Part shown: in pieces, positions 39,801 through 54,800 of the stretch | How positions within the stretch are numbered: the stretch's first letter is position 1 | How the letters are laid out: each line of letters begins with the position of its first letter | Assembly (NCBI RefSeq): GCF_963676685.1 | Contig: NC_092354.1 | Location: 74,462,001 to 74,526,000, forward strand | Source: Mytilus edulis | Lineage: Eukaryota | Reading direction: 5' to 3' | DNA length: 64,000 bases | Notes under the pieces: generated by a model | The model's input: the letters and a program-made list of their open reading frames with translations, nothing else | What the model was told of the DNA's origin: nothing | The model's database searches: none | Program-made: the position numbers and the translations under genes

Positions 39801-42800
39801 ATCATATCACTAGACTTAAACTGTAAATATATTATATTTCATGAAATTTTCCCCTGTCACATATTTTTTTAGATTTTAAAGTAATTTCTTGCCTCAGCTT
39901 ACGTTCTATCCATTTGTTCTTTCTGGTAAGCGCGACAAAACATTAAAAAATTGACACCCTTCAACAAATGTCAGCCGGGTAAAGCATAATAGAAACTCGT
40001 TTCAAGACAATACATTTGTTTCATTTGAATTGAACATTACCTTGACATGAATCTGTACACTGTAAGATAGTCTGAAAGTATACAATGATACCACTTTGTT
40101 TAATTAATGCAAATTGCAAATGACAAATAATTCAAAACTTGTCATTTGTAACTATTATGTTTGTATGTTTTGTGTTACATTTAACATTGTGACTAAGCGG
40201 GAGGTTTGGCTAACCACAAATCAGGTCATACCGGCAAACTGCTAGTGTTATCTTATAGGTCATTTCTGGTATTATACCACCAAATCATGGTACGTCAAAT
40301 CTGGTTGTTTACGAAAATAGGTCGAAAAAAATATTGCCTTGAATTTTACAGTTGTTGGTAAATAAACCTACATTTTATTGCAGTAAAACAGTTCTTTGTA
40401 ATAAACGTATGTCCTGGGTCTTCAAAGCCCCATTTTTTTACTAAACCTTTGTACCCCGATTAAATAAAAGGAGACATTTGATTGGTTAACTTCCAGAGAT
40501 GGTTATTTTTTTTTATATGCAACGACATGTTATTTGAATTTTTTTCTATAGTATTGGACAGGATAAAAAATTACCCATGCCAAGTATATCTTTATTTGAA
40601 ACAAAGATAAATTCCGCACATTTTTTGGAAAATGCAAATTCAACAATGACTAATAGGGGAAGATAAATTGTGGCATTACACCTAATATGGGAAGCTGTAC
40701 ATGCACCTTTGACCTGGTGAGTAATCTCATGTGTTAAAATATCTTGCTATTTAAGTGAAATATTACAAAAAATGAAATATTCTGAGTGGGTTGACTCTCC
40801 AAAACACATTTTATGAGAACATTTTCTTGAAATAGGACTCTACCATGAATATCACAAAATGAACTTTATTTTTGGTTTTGTAGAAGAAAACATTTTTTTT
40901 AAATTGTCTTGTAATTTTTGCCCAAAAATACATATATAAAAAAACCTAGAAGAAAAGCTTCCAAATGCCTTACGGCTCGTGAAATTTAACATTCTCTCGA
41001 CTGGTATTTTTCGCAAATACCCCTCAATAACATGATATATCTGTTTAATTACACCGAATGTTAATGTACTAAAACGCATTGATGATCGTGACGTTACAAG
41101 CGTCCAGTCGGATAGAGTATTTTTTGGCAAATACCACGGCAGAGAGGGTAAAAAAGGCATATCCTTTTAGCAAATACCCCGGCGGCGTTAAAAATGAACG
41201 ATATTCATTTGATAATAATAAATTGGTGAAAAATACACTGGCTATTAACCAATCAAAACCCCGGATTCTTACATAAGGTGTAATTATAATTAAAATAATT
41301 GGTTCTTTGGGTCGGTTAAAAAATGATATATCAGCTTACTAGTTTTGATAACGTAGGAAAATATCACTGTAACAAACATGACAAAAGAAAAACAAAAACA
41401 AAAACAAAGAAAAGAAAAATGGGTTCTATAAATCATATGTGAGAAACTTTAAACACATGGTTGTTTCAGTATCTCAGGGAAAGTTTAAAATATCACTTAA
41501 TGGAGAGAGCAATATTTTTCTATACTGAATATGATTTAAAATATATCATACCGGTCTCCACTTCTTCCTGTCTCAGAATCTACAATAAATACGCAGATTT
41601 GAGTCGTCTTCACAAATGGATTTGTAATAAATGAGGTAAAAAAAATTGATATCAGTTTCTAATCGGTTCGTAAGTTTGTCCATAAAAGTATTTGTTATTG
41701 CTGTTTTTCTTTTCGTTATTTTCTTTTTTTTGCTATTTTTTACTTAAAATTGTATCTTGTAACTACTTTTTTCCGCTCACGTTATATTAAAAAATTAAAT
41801 TATATATATATAAAGATATAAAACACAAGCTGTCCATGAAAATGCATACACACACTGTTTTAATGTGTTGTTTTATACAGTCAACGTCAATATATCATAA
41901 CACGATTTTTTTGTTGCTTGATCATGTTGATATGGGCCATGTTATCCATTTAATAAATTAACAACTCGTTTAAGGAAAGTTAAACAAAGTTGGATTTAAA
42001 AGGGTCTCATTTGGTAATAAAGCATCCCACTTGGTTCAGTACTTTTTGCATTCTTGGTTTTTACATAATTTCGTGATGAAGATTAACCAAGAAAACTATT
42101 TCTCCCACATACGAATATATAATTGTTACTTTATGTTTTAGATAGTAAGTGATAGTATAGTTGTTGGAGAATAACGATTTTTTTTGGCATATAACCAATC
42201 ACACTTATTGTCGATTTTATTGATAAAACATCCGTTATTGTGAAACCTGGAACAACTCAAGTTTCACCGATAAATCCAAATACGTACCTGACACATGGCA
42301 TGTCTGTTGATTTCAGCAGCTTCCATGGCCTTGACGAAATCTTTACATGATTTGTTCTGCTCTCTGCAGATACGAAGGCTATAAAATTTGTGCATAGGAA
42401 TCGAATCAACATCAATGGCATCAAGTTTAGTAATCGAGACCCCAAGGTTGAATGCCAAGCTGCGTACTTCTTCTTTTGTTAAGCTATTACAAATGCGAAG
42501 AAGCTGCGAGTCGTTGAGTAACATCGACAGAACGGCATATAGTATACCTAAATGAACATTAGAAATACAAAATATGATTTGTTTATTGAATGTCTAAATT
42601 TTAAGAGAATACCATATGGCTTTTTCGATATCCCATCAGCATTAACCCGATACACCAAGAATCCCAAGATGTCTGCTTAAGGAATCATATTGACTGAGTT
42701 TTGAAACAGAATGTAATATTGAAACAACCATATCATATATACCTTATCATTTACTTCACTAAGTAGATGTGTCTTTTTTTGTTGTGGCATACATATTAAA

Positions 42801-45800
42801 TGCTTGAGTTTGCAATTGCAATTAGTCACTGATATCGATATCATCACGGATAGCTGATACAGTACTACTGCCGGTGATTCTTTCGAACATACAATTTATC
42901 TGTATTTACTACTTTCTTTATTCTAAAAAGTATTGTACTACAATAGTTTTTGAAATATTTTCCTCAATTAAAACCAGGTACTATCTGATTTTGTATACGA
43001 GTGTCGTCCTAACAAGACTCGTTAGTGTCGTTAAAATACACAAAATTGAAAGTTAAAATCACATATGAAATTGTATAGCATTAAATGAAAAACGTTTCAA
43101 ACCGTTGTTTTCAAAACAAATGATGACCACAGGACTTTAATTATATGTTCATACGCGACTTGGTTCAGGTTGCACACCAATAAATTCCTTTAAAATTGTG
43201 TTTAATTCGTTGACATATAATGATTCTTTGAAATAACTCACTCGTTACCTCTATCACACAAAAATTGTATATTTTTGTCATTTTTAAATTTGCTGTCATA
43301 TCACAAATAAACAACTAAAATATCCTTGTATCATTTAAATGAACTTTTCGATGGGTTGATATTTTCTACGTTTGTATGACTAACACCTTTACGAATTTAC
43401 CTCGGAGTCATGTTTTTATATTGGACATTTTTGCATATATATCCCTATGCAAACTAAATTATGGCCCAATGCCTTCCTTATAATGCGTACATCATATCAC
43501 TAGACTTAAACTGTAAATATATTATATTTCATGAAATTTTCCCCTGTCACATATTTTTTTAGATTTTAAAGTAATTTCTTGCCTCAGCTTACGTTCTATC
43601 CATTTGTTCTTTCTGGTAAGCGCGACAAAACATTAAAAAATTGACACCCTTCAACAAATGTCAGCCGGGTAAAGCATAATAGAAACTCGTTTCAAGACAA
43701 TACATTTGTTTCATTTGAATTGAACATTACCTTGACATGAATCTGTACACTGTAAGATAGTCTGAAAGTATACAATGATACCACTTTGTTTAATTAATGC
43801 AAATTGCAAATGACAAATAATTCAAAACTTGTCATTTGTAACTATTATGTTTGTATGTTTTGTGTTACATTTAACATTGTGACTAAGCGGGAGGTTTGGC
43901 TAACCACAAATCAGGTCATACCGGCAAACTGCTAGTGTTATCTTATAGGTCATTTCTGGTATTATACCACCAAATCATGGTACGTCAAATCTGGTTGTTT
44001 ACGAAAATAGGTCGAAAAAAATATTGCCTTGAATTTTACAGTTGTTGGTAAATAAACCTACATTTTATTGCAGTAAAACAGTTCTTTGTAATAAACGTAT
44101 GTCCTGGGTCTTCAAAGCCCCATTTTTTTACTAAACCTTTGTACCCCGATTAAATAAAAGGAGACATTTGATTGGTTAACTTCCAGAGATGGTTATTTTT
44201 TTTTATATGCAACGACATATTATTTGAATTTTTTTCTATAGTATTGGACAGGATAAAAAATTACCCATGCCAAGTATATCTTTATTTGAAACAAAGATAA
44301 ATTCCGCACATTTTTTGGAAAATGCAAATTCAACAATGACTAATAGGGGAAGATAAATTGTGGCATTACACCTAATATGGGAAGCTGTACATGCACCTTT
44401 GACCTGGTGAGTAATCTCATGTGTTAAAATATCTTGCTATTTAAGTGAAATATTACAAAAAATGAAATATTCTGAGTGGGTTGACTCTCCAAAACACATT
44501 TTATGAGAACATTTTCTTGAAATAGGACTCTACCATGAATATCACAAAATGAACTTTATTTTTGGTTTTGTAGAAGAAAACATTTTTTTTAAATTGTCTT
44601 GTAATTTTTGCCCAAAAATACATATATAAAAAAACCTAGAAGAAAAGCTTCCAAATGCAATTAAATTAAAAAATAGACTGACAAACTTTTATATCTGATA
44701 GCTTTATACAGCAAGAAAATACAAGAAAGTTTTTGAACTTGAAAAACTTTGTGCCCCTATGTTTATTATTTATCCTGAATGGTAATCTAACAACCATATT
44801 TGTATCATTTTATATCTTTTTGACCTATATATGGAACAGAGCAAACAACATGTAATATATGCATAGCACATGTAAACTTTTTTTTTCTATTAAATAATCT
44901 ATAGATATTTCTATNNNNNNNNNNNNNNNNNNNNNNNNNNNNNNNNNNNNNNNNNNNNNNNNNNNNNNNNNNNNNNNNNNNNNNNNNNNNNNNNNNNNNN
45001 NNNNNNNNNNNNNNNNNNNNNNNNNNNNNNNNNNNNNNNNNNNNNNNNGATCGACAAAAATATTCCTTTTAATTTGACAGTTGTATGTAATTAATCCTAC
45101 ATTTAATTGCAGTAAAACATTTTCTGTCTCATAATCATATGTCTTGGTTAATTCAAAGGACCATTATTTTTTTTTTGAAAAGTTCAAATTTAACAAAGAC
45201 TAATAGGGGAAAAGCAATGGCTGTATTACACCTTATGTGTGTATTGCATTTTAGTGTTTCTGTTGTGCCTTGTTCTCCTCTGATAGTTGATGTGTGTCCC
45301 TCAGTTTTAGTTGGTAACCCAGATTTTTTTTCTTAATCGATTGATGAATTTCGAACAGCAGTATACTACTGTTCACACATCGATATCAATATACTAGACT
45401 TTTATGTGACTATCATAAATGGACACATTATACAACATTTTTCTTCAAATAAACATTCGAGACATAAAGATAAAAATAACAGTAATAGCAAACCTGAATT
45501 TGCATTTTGAATACAACATAACTTTTCTTAAACAAGTGAACTGTCTGAAAAAATTTGGTATATTAGCCACTTTTCTATAATGTCTGTGACAGTACCAATA
45601 TTTTGATTCCATAGACTTCTTGCAATTAGAGCTAGTGGGAAATTATTTGCATCAGGCATTTTTGTGGTCTAGGTGTTCCTCCATTGATATATGAAACAGG
45701 AGATACTACGAGAGCAATCAAACACACTATTGACTGATCAAAGAATTAGAATATCGAAAAATATTCAACTCGAGACCGAACATCATTGACAATTTACGAA

Positions 45801-48800
45801 TGGGCTCCAGCATCCGTGAATTAATACGTTGTTCGGCCACTCGTTAAATATTTCGCATTATTTGAATTCTTCAATAAGTTATTCAATAAATGTTTCATCA
45901 GAGATATAATTACATTGATTGCAGAACAAAACAGTTAAAACTTAATCATTAAGAATAGAGAAAACTTGTCAACTTTAAATCAAAATCAAAACTTACCCTG
46001 TCAGTATACCAAATTTCTAGTTCAGATTTGGGTGTAATATATCCATGGTTGTCACACACCCAGCTGGTCCCAATGCTGTTTACATTCTGCGCATCTAGCA
46101 AGCAATTTGGGGACAGACATCCAGATTTCAACCTAATATGAAATGGAACGTATCTCTGTGTAATGTTATCACTAGTGAAGGCAAGGGAGTAGACTTCTGA
46201 AATTTTAGCAAGGTTTTGTTCTAAACATTCTCGTACACACGAGGCAAGATCTTTAATTATTAACTCTTTTCTTTTTTTGTGAACTATATACACTGCCACA
46301 GTGTTAAGTTCAGTTTTTACTACTAAATCATGTTTCCTATCCAAGACGACAGCAACACATCCAGAAAAGAGCAAATCTACATTTTCATATTGTTTTACAT
46401 TCCAAATGCTTAGAATGCTTGCTATGAGTCTGCGTGGTATTGCATCCGGAACATATGTAGCGCTGAATTCAAATACAAAGCCAACACATTTGTCAGATGT
46501 TAGATGTTTTGCAAAAAAAGTTGTCGTATTGTGAGCCGTGATCATGCAAGGTACAAGATAACAATCCACAGATATCTTCTTTCCACTTTCTCTATCGTAA
46601 CGTCTTACTTCTGACAGTATATCATAGTGAACCAACAGCTGCCGGAAATATTCCTCATGTTGCAGAAAGTGGGAGAACTTTTCAGAACTCCAAATATTTG
46701 CCAAGTCAGAGTTGGTAAGTCGTCCTTGACGTAAACTAGCTATTATGGGCACAGATGTTACAATGGACTTCAAGACATCAATTAGACAAGTTGGGTCAAT
46801 AACTATGTAGTTTCGGAGCTTGGGATAATCGATATATGTCATTTTGCCGCAAATATGTTGTACGACTAGGAACAGTCCTAATTCTGCCATAGAGAGGGGT
46901 TTCACACCCATTTGTGTATTCATTTTTTCTGCATCTTCGAGACTGATTATTTTTGTTCCCTCTTCAACTAATGCTGCAAACATCATCTCAAGGATGAGAA
47001 ACTGTTTTGGTACCTTTTGTCCCCATTGTGGATTTTCAATCATAGTCTTTGATATGCAATCTCTTAATTCTTCTATTTCAGGGTCATTCTTACTTGTACC
47101 ATTTACAAAGAACAATTCTTGTAGCATTATATGGCTCTTAATACTCTCATCAGTAAAGCATGCTGATAAAGTATTTAACAGTTGAGCTCGCTTATTTTGA
47201 ACGTCTTGCTACAAGTAAAATAGGACGACTATTACATGTGTATTATATAACTTGTCTTTGAACAATACAATGAAATGTGTGATCAGCAGCAGAATACTAC
47301 AACTCATATAAATGCGACCACATGGTGTTTGAATATTGCACGTTAAATGTTGACTAAATCCGCGAGTTACATTTAAGAGATAAACGTTAAGGAACTTCTT
47401 ATAATTTCTATAGTTTTACGGTTTCCACATCTTATTGTAAATAATAATTGTTGAAAAAAATCAAGATTACGTCTTGTTATATAAATGTCATTTTTTGTTC
47501 ATGCATTCTTATAGATTTACATTGTATGACATTTTTTTGTGTATATGGTGCTGATGACATTTCATTATTTATGAATTCAATAAAATAGGTTTAAGACTCA
47601 ATTCTTAAAAATTTCGTGACAAAATGTTTTTCTGCTCAACCCTTGTATACGAGTGCCGAATTACAGCCAAAGATTATGTCTACACATATGACGTTTTACT
47701 AGCATAACCTTACCTGACAGACAAGGTCTTTGTGTGTAGCTACAAACATCAGTTTTGGATAATCTTTATTATCAGGGTGGCTGTATAGTAGAATTGATGA
47801 AACCCATTGTCTGATATTTTCTGCAAAATGTAAAACCATAAAACGAACGGCAATTAATACGGGAAGTCCTATATCAAATGTCAAAAACTCCTTTATAATT
47901 TATAGTACAGCCCGAAGAATGCCCTCAGGTTTTCGGGGTTCATACATTAAAAACAGTTTTTTTCCCCTATTTTTGGACAATAACACTTAAATTATTTCAC
48001 AAGTTTACAAGAGACTTTTGTGAATTATTTGTATCTATTGAAATGAGGTCCCTTTCGATTTTATATATGTAGGACTCTGAACCGCGATGGTGAAGTTGAG
48101 GTGCGATGGTTTGGCGCTGAAGTGAGTTTTTCATCACGCCGAAGTGCGATGGTGTCGTTGTGTTGCTATCTTGTTGGATATCGATGGTCTACTCATTTGC
48201 TAAGCTGTTTTAGTTGATGTATAAGCCGTCAATGTAAAATAGAGACTGAAAAGGGCAAGGTGTCTACCAAAGAGTAAAAAAACCCAACCAAGGACCAGCA
48301 AAGGGTCAACACAGGAAAAAAAAAACAACAACAACAATGGCCAGATAGGCGCAACAATGTAGCGGGTTTAAACATGATAAGTGATAAGTGGTGGATCCAG
48401 AAATTTTCATAAGTAGGGGCCCACTGACTGCCTAAGAAGGGGCCGGTCCAGTCATGCTTCATTGATTCCCTATATAATCAACCATTTTCCACAGAAAAGG
48501 CGCCCTCCTCTAAATCCGCCTATCCGGAAATCAACTCCGCCCCTATACATTACGCCAATTTGTATTAAACAACAAAAACACATCAATACACACAGTAATA
48601 CTCAGTAAAAAAGAAGTTAGAGTCCGATGTCAGAATAGGTAACAAAATACACAAATTGTATCAGCAAAATGACAATGATAAACTAAAAACAAAAAGATTA
48701 CTAGCAGATAAAGGTCTTATAAACTTTTAATACTACACGAAAAGTGGAGGAATTTTTGGTGGATAGGGGAAATCTATAAACGATTCTGTTTAATGTACGA

Positions 48801-51800
48801 TGGTGCGTGATATTCCCTTAATACATTCAGGTCTCAGACGAACTCTCTTCATTACATTATTATAAACGATGCACTCATGAGAGAAACCTTTAGGCCTAGA
48901 TAAAATGATAATCCAGAATTATGTCCACATGTAGCTAACCGAAGAGTACAATCTCTTATTAAAAATGTAACTGGATTAAAAACAGTTATAGACAAAAATG
49001 AATGTAAATTAAAAACAAATATTAAAAAATCTACTTCTAATGATAATTGAACGTCTATAAAAAAAAACAGGATGTTAACTAGCAATCATGAGTCAAACAG
49101 ACCATCGCATCTCAGCGTATGGACCATCGCACTTCGGCGTAGACCATCTCACTTCAGCGTCCCCATCACACCTCCGAATCCTACATATATTTTAGATTTT
49201 CGGTTCCGAGTTACGGGATTTTATTCCTTAAAAAACTGGGGAGAGTTTCCAGTTCGCGCAAAATACCTTTGGATTGTTTTGAGCAGTTTCCATTAAACTT
49301 GAATGCTTGGCTTACATCTATTAGGATAACTTCTTTGTATTTTTCATAAATTTCTGATTGGCATTGAGAAGTTTTTGAGCTCTATTCTTCAAAAACGTGA
49401 CAAACGTATCGTGCGCTCATGGAGCAGCTGTTGTTTGTTACTTTTGTGTATAATTTTTATTTCAGTTGACGAGTAGGCAAAGGCATTTCGTGTTTATGAT
49501 ATCAACAGAAGGTAAAAACGCCTCACAAAAAACTATAAACAAATAAACAAACAAACATGTGACAATTTTGCTGCTATTGATATCTGAATTGACCTAATAA
49601 TAACGTTTTGAAAATCCGTAGTTTAGAACGAAAAACACACAATAGTCAGTACTTACTTAAATATTTAGGTTACGAATTAATGAGACATGTGATTTAATGG
49701 ATGAATTGAAAAAAAGATCGTGAGATGTCTTTTTTTGTAAAACTAAAAATTTTAAGACATGATTTATATAGACTATATTCATCTAAAAGTAAAACGATAC
49801 CAAGAGAATTATCTGAACAACAGTGCAACACTTTCAAGTTGGAAGAAAAAAGACGGAAATAAAAAATGATTAAGCCCACAAAAAAAATACTCAAAAACTA
49901 AAGAGTAATCACTCAAACATCTTAGAAGAAGTAAAAACAATGTGATGCAACTCCCAGTGTTTACATTTTTCCATATGTGCAGAAAAAAAACCAAGTGTGT
50001 TCTATTCCGTCCTCAATTTATAGGAAAACTATTTCTAAATTTAGAACCAAATTGAAATTGAACGTATACATGTAAGATAAAAATATAACATGCCATTTCT
50101 TCTTTATCATATTTCAGTTTCGAAGGAATAGCCAAATTGTTTTTTTTATCGGTTATAATATTTGGATTTGGTATATTTTGGAAACTTTGAAGTTGATGCT
50201 AGTTGTAATACAGTTAAGTCGAATAATATGCTCGATTGTTTTATAACTGGCTTACTTCTTCAATGCAAAATCACCACCACGATACAGTCAATAATGTAAA
50301 AAGAACATTTAACACCAACGAATCATTCAATAAAGCAAAATACAGCTTATCTGGTATTCAATGGTCAGATCTCATCGACATATGCCCAATTTCTGTGTTG
50401 ATGAATGAGTTTTACCTGCAGCTAACATTAAATTTGACAATTCATATTTGATCCTTCTGATAATGATTTCCTTACTATACTTACCAAGTATTGTTGTCTT
50501 TTTGTCGTCTTCTCTGTCACTAAGAGAGTCGTCCAACTCTTTGCTGCCATTAAATGTGATAAGATAAATGCCATGTGAAGTGATGAATGTTTGATGGGTT
50601 GCGTGATAAATTATTTGCCCAGCAAAATCTAAAACAGGAATTGGAATAACTTCCTGGTCCCCATACCATTCCGTGGAATCGGCTTTTTCATACTCATCTA
50701 TTTTTTTAGAAAGTTGTTGTAAAACACCATCATTTGGAATATCGGGCTGTGTATTCCCTGGTATGACACCTTCTTTTTCAACTGATTGAAGATATGATAA
50801 AATCTTTCGGTAAATTGCTTGAGGGAAACTGTGGATACCTTCAAAAACATATATAGACAAACACGTGTCATAATTGTTGGAATGTATATATATATATTTA
50901 TAAGGTTTTAAATAATTACAACCAGACCCTCAATAAGAAAAAAAACCTTTACTATTTAAATCAGTTTGTTGCGCCTCCCTAACATACCTATTTGCGAAAC
51001 GATTCACAGAGTATAGTTCATTATAAATGCTATAAGGTTAACAGTACCGCTTGTTATTATTAGACTGCATTATACTTTATTCCGAATTGACCAATCGCTA
51101 AATTGTAATTGACACAATATCTTTGTATTACAGTTTAGCACAACTATTTATTATCTTCACTATTTATCTTAACATCCTTTTGTGTAGTCAAAGTGTGTAC
51201 TTTTCAATAACTTAAACAAATATAATCTTATAATTGTCCTGATTGTAATACAAATGAAATACTCCAGGGTGTAATAAAATCAGGGCTATATTGATATGCT
51301 CTGGCTTATCTGGCAGTTTACAAATCACTGATTGCAAGAAATTATTTTTGTCTACGACACCTATCTGCAACAGAAAACCCCATGTGTTGCATGGACCAAG
51401 CTTCAAATCCAATGAGATTGTCTCTATTGTTATACAAAATAAATAAATAAGTCTATTTCAGTTATCAGTGTCAGTCTAACATTTTTTAAAACGGAAACTA
51501 GTATCGTCCTTGGCAACTTACTAATGTAACTTCATGTGCCGGTTTCCAATGTCAAATGTAAACATTATGTCTGTTTCTTTTGCGCATCAGAGTGTAATAC
51601 AATTAGATAAAAGATCATATTCATGTAAAATATTGAGTCTTTTTTTGTTTATGTGATAGTTTTATACTATTATATGTGTGTAAAAGGAAATAACAAAAGC
51701 AGTATCATGTGTGTATAGCTTCAATGGTGATTTAATTACCATATTTGTCCTATTAGAATCGAAAGATTTCATGGCATCTAGGGATAACGAAAAATAGAAA

Positions 51801-54800
51801 TGTTCAATCCATAGATAAATGAAACATATTTTTGGCTGTTATGAATATTTTTTAATAACTATTTACCATTTGTTTGTTCTAGAAGTTTCTGTGTCTTCAT
51901 ATCAAACAACAATTTTCCAAAGTACACGTCTATTCCATCAGTACTCTGTCTCTCTATAGGGATGTCTTTACCGATTAAATTCGACACAAGCGTTGTTTTT
52001 CCAGCTTCATAAGCTCCGACTACTAAAATTCGACTATCAAACGATGGTACTAAATCATTAGATAAAAGTTGAAAAAATTCAGCTCTGTCAGCTACAATGA
52101 AATATAAACAAAATGAAGTAACAAAACACTACTCGAAGAAAAATTAATCATCATAACCGCTGAATAGTTAACATTATGTAGGCTGTTATTTGTTGCTAAT
52201 AAAAAAGTGTTCTTATTTACTCTCATAGTTAAAGCTATGATTGTTTTGTTTTGTTTATAAGATATTGTCCAGTTTATCTTCGGCTTTAATAATAATATCA
52301 TATATTTTTTTTTAAATTAGAAGTAATTTATTTATCTCTTAATTACATCTTCTCCTTAACAGAAAACAACTATACTTGATATATTATTGTGCAACATTTA
52401 CATTTTAATGAGCAATGTTATAATTAATTTGTGTTTCAACTGTTCCAATTGTCCAACAAGGACTAGATGAAACACTCGCTTTGTATACTTACTTACTAGC
52501 ATGTCATCTAACAAGACTCTGATAACACTCTATATATGTGTAATTGTCAAAACGTAATCATTATAAATGCTTAAATAATTGATGTTTTTTTTAAATGAAA
52601 GTATTTGATTATCGTCTTGGTAGCGATGACACATAGAGCAAATATTTGAATATTTATTTTGAATATTTATACACGCTGTGGAATTCAGAGTGAAGCAACA
52701 TATTTATAATATTTTTAAAGAAAACCATCCCATGTTCATTTCTCATATACCCCCTCCTTTCCATGATGCATGTGTTCGATAATATTTTTTTTAACCTCAC
52801 CTCAATGTGTAATATTTCAATGGTTTTTAAACATCGGTGAACTACAAATGACTCTTATTTTGTCTATATTCTTTTAGTTTGAATCATATTTATAAATGTG
52901 ATATAAATCAATATAGTCTACCGTGTCAACTTCTGGTTGGGTATTAAACGTACAAAACTTGTTAGCGCTCTTGGAGTATTTTTTATATAATTCCGTATTT
53001 AATTCACTTGAACTTGACTATTGCATGCACTGTTGCAATTGACACGTTTGCTTTTTCGGTCAAACTCGACTTTTTTTTAAAACGGTTATTGTTTTTTTGT
53101 GCTGTTGAGACGCGAAACTCGTTTTTTTAAAGCTAGATTAGACCGTTGGTATTCATGTTTGAAGTATTTTAGTATTTAAGTACCATTTATAGCTTACTGT
53201 TCGATGTGAGCCAATGATTATCATTAATTTTATTTGTCAGAGTCGGAAACGAGACTTTCCGTTAATCTCTATTGTAAGTAATCAATTTACTACTTTCCTT
53301 CATATTGACGAGTTTGTACATCTTATTTTGCAGATGATTTTAAGATTCATTTGAATTTACCTGTATCTGTTATTATTTCTGCAGAAATGCAAACATAGAG
53401 AAAGTTCATCCTTGAAAAATTCAACTCTTAAAAGAAATATTGAAGCGCTTAGCCTTTTTTATTTAATTTATCATGTTCGGCTTATCATTTTGACTTTTAA
53501 CAGTTTTCCGCTTTATAGCAAAGTCGCTGCAAATTCTGAAATCGTCTATCTTTTTAACGTTCATATTACATTAATTGTTCCTACCAAATTATCAGAGCTC
53601 AATGAGAAAATCAAAAACTTCAATAATCAACTTTACAATCCTCTCTACTATGTAGATAGTATACACTTTTGTTCACACGATAATTTCTTCCGTCACGAAC
53701 AGGTGCTTCCTCATCTTATGCAAGACTGCTTCCTCCTGTCACGAGATCAAGGTATACAGGGAGCAAGTAATATTAGACACATCCTCTTTCCCGGTTCATC
53801 ACTAAGATCTGTGAAAAATCACAATAGGGGCACAACACAAAAACTAAAAGTCTTAATAAGGACAAGTATGTAGGAAGTGAGGCAATGGGAAATCACTAGA
53901 ACTATAGGTATAATAAGATAGGGAATACAAATAATAACAGTTGGTCAGTTCAGGCACAGCTGGGATAGGATCAGAGGAATAATACATATGTTAACAATCG
54001 TTCCATTCAAGGAAGAATGGTCGTCATTCCAGTGAACCAGTTTATACAGAAGAACACAAGAGACATGACTAAAATCAACGCATTAATGATCTTGCATCCA
54101 CTGTTGCATCAGCAGTTGCTGGTGCGTTCAGGGATTTTGTGTAAACTTATAACTGAAATGTTATACCCCAATAAAATTGAAATCTATAGTTATCACCATG
54201 CCACAATAAGTCGTTTTGTGAATGAAATGCAGGAAGAAATTCATATTAAAGACCTACCGAGATCAGACGGTTTCCTTTTGACCTCAGGGAAAACCAAGCC
54301 TTGTAAAGTTTGGTCAAAAGGAAACCGTTTGCAAACAGTATTATCATAAACAAGTTGTTGCCAAACAGGAGACTTCAAACAAGAATTGGTCGAAATCAAC
54401 TCATTGCTACTGGTTATCGTGCGAGAAGACGATTTCGGAGATTTTTGTCTACAAACAGACTTGAAGTGGCCAATGGTGCAGAGCTCGCCAACGTCGGAAA
54501 TTAGCATCTTGGAGGAATATCGATTGGTGCAATGAAAGTCGGTTTATCTTCCTTGGCCTGATCGTAGACCGGATTTGAACCATATCGAGCACATATAGAA
54601 CATAATTGGGTGTAAAATGTCCGAAAGGAACCCCCTGTTTAAAATCTTCATGGAATAAACAATGCCCTTCATCTGAAATAGTTGTGGGTAACTCAGCAAC
54701 AAATTCGTCGGTTGATGGCAGGTGTGATAATAAGTGTAGAGGTGGTTATCCGTGTAAATGACAGCTACATCAAAATAGTGATTCTTTGGCCTATAACGAT

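Larger units (their letters stand above)
37309..44658. repeat. 3,690-bp-period tandem duplication (37309-40968 and 40999-44658)
   Basis: Identical ORFs occur at an offset of 3690. Only one difference was noticed by eye (40529 G vs 44219 A). Confidence 0.97.

Noticed and set aside
36585-47185. Plus-strand ORFs antisense to ROCO exons (e.g. 36585-36926, 46844-47185, 6855-7199)
   Set aside because: Shadow ORFs of the minus-strand coding exons.
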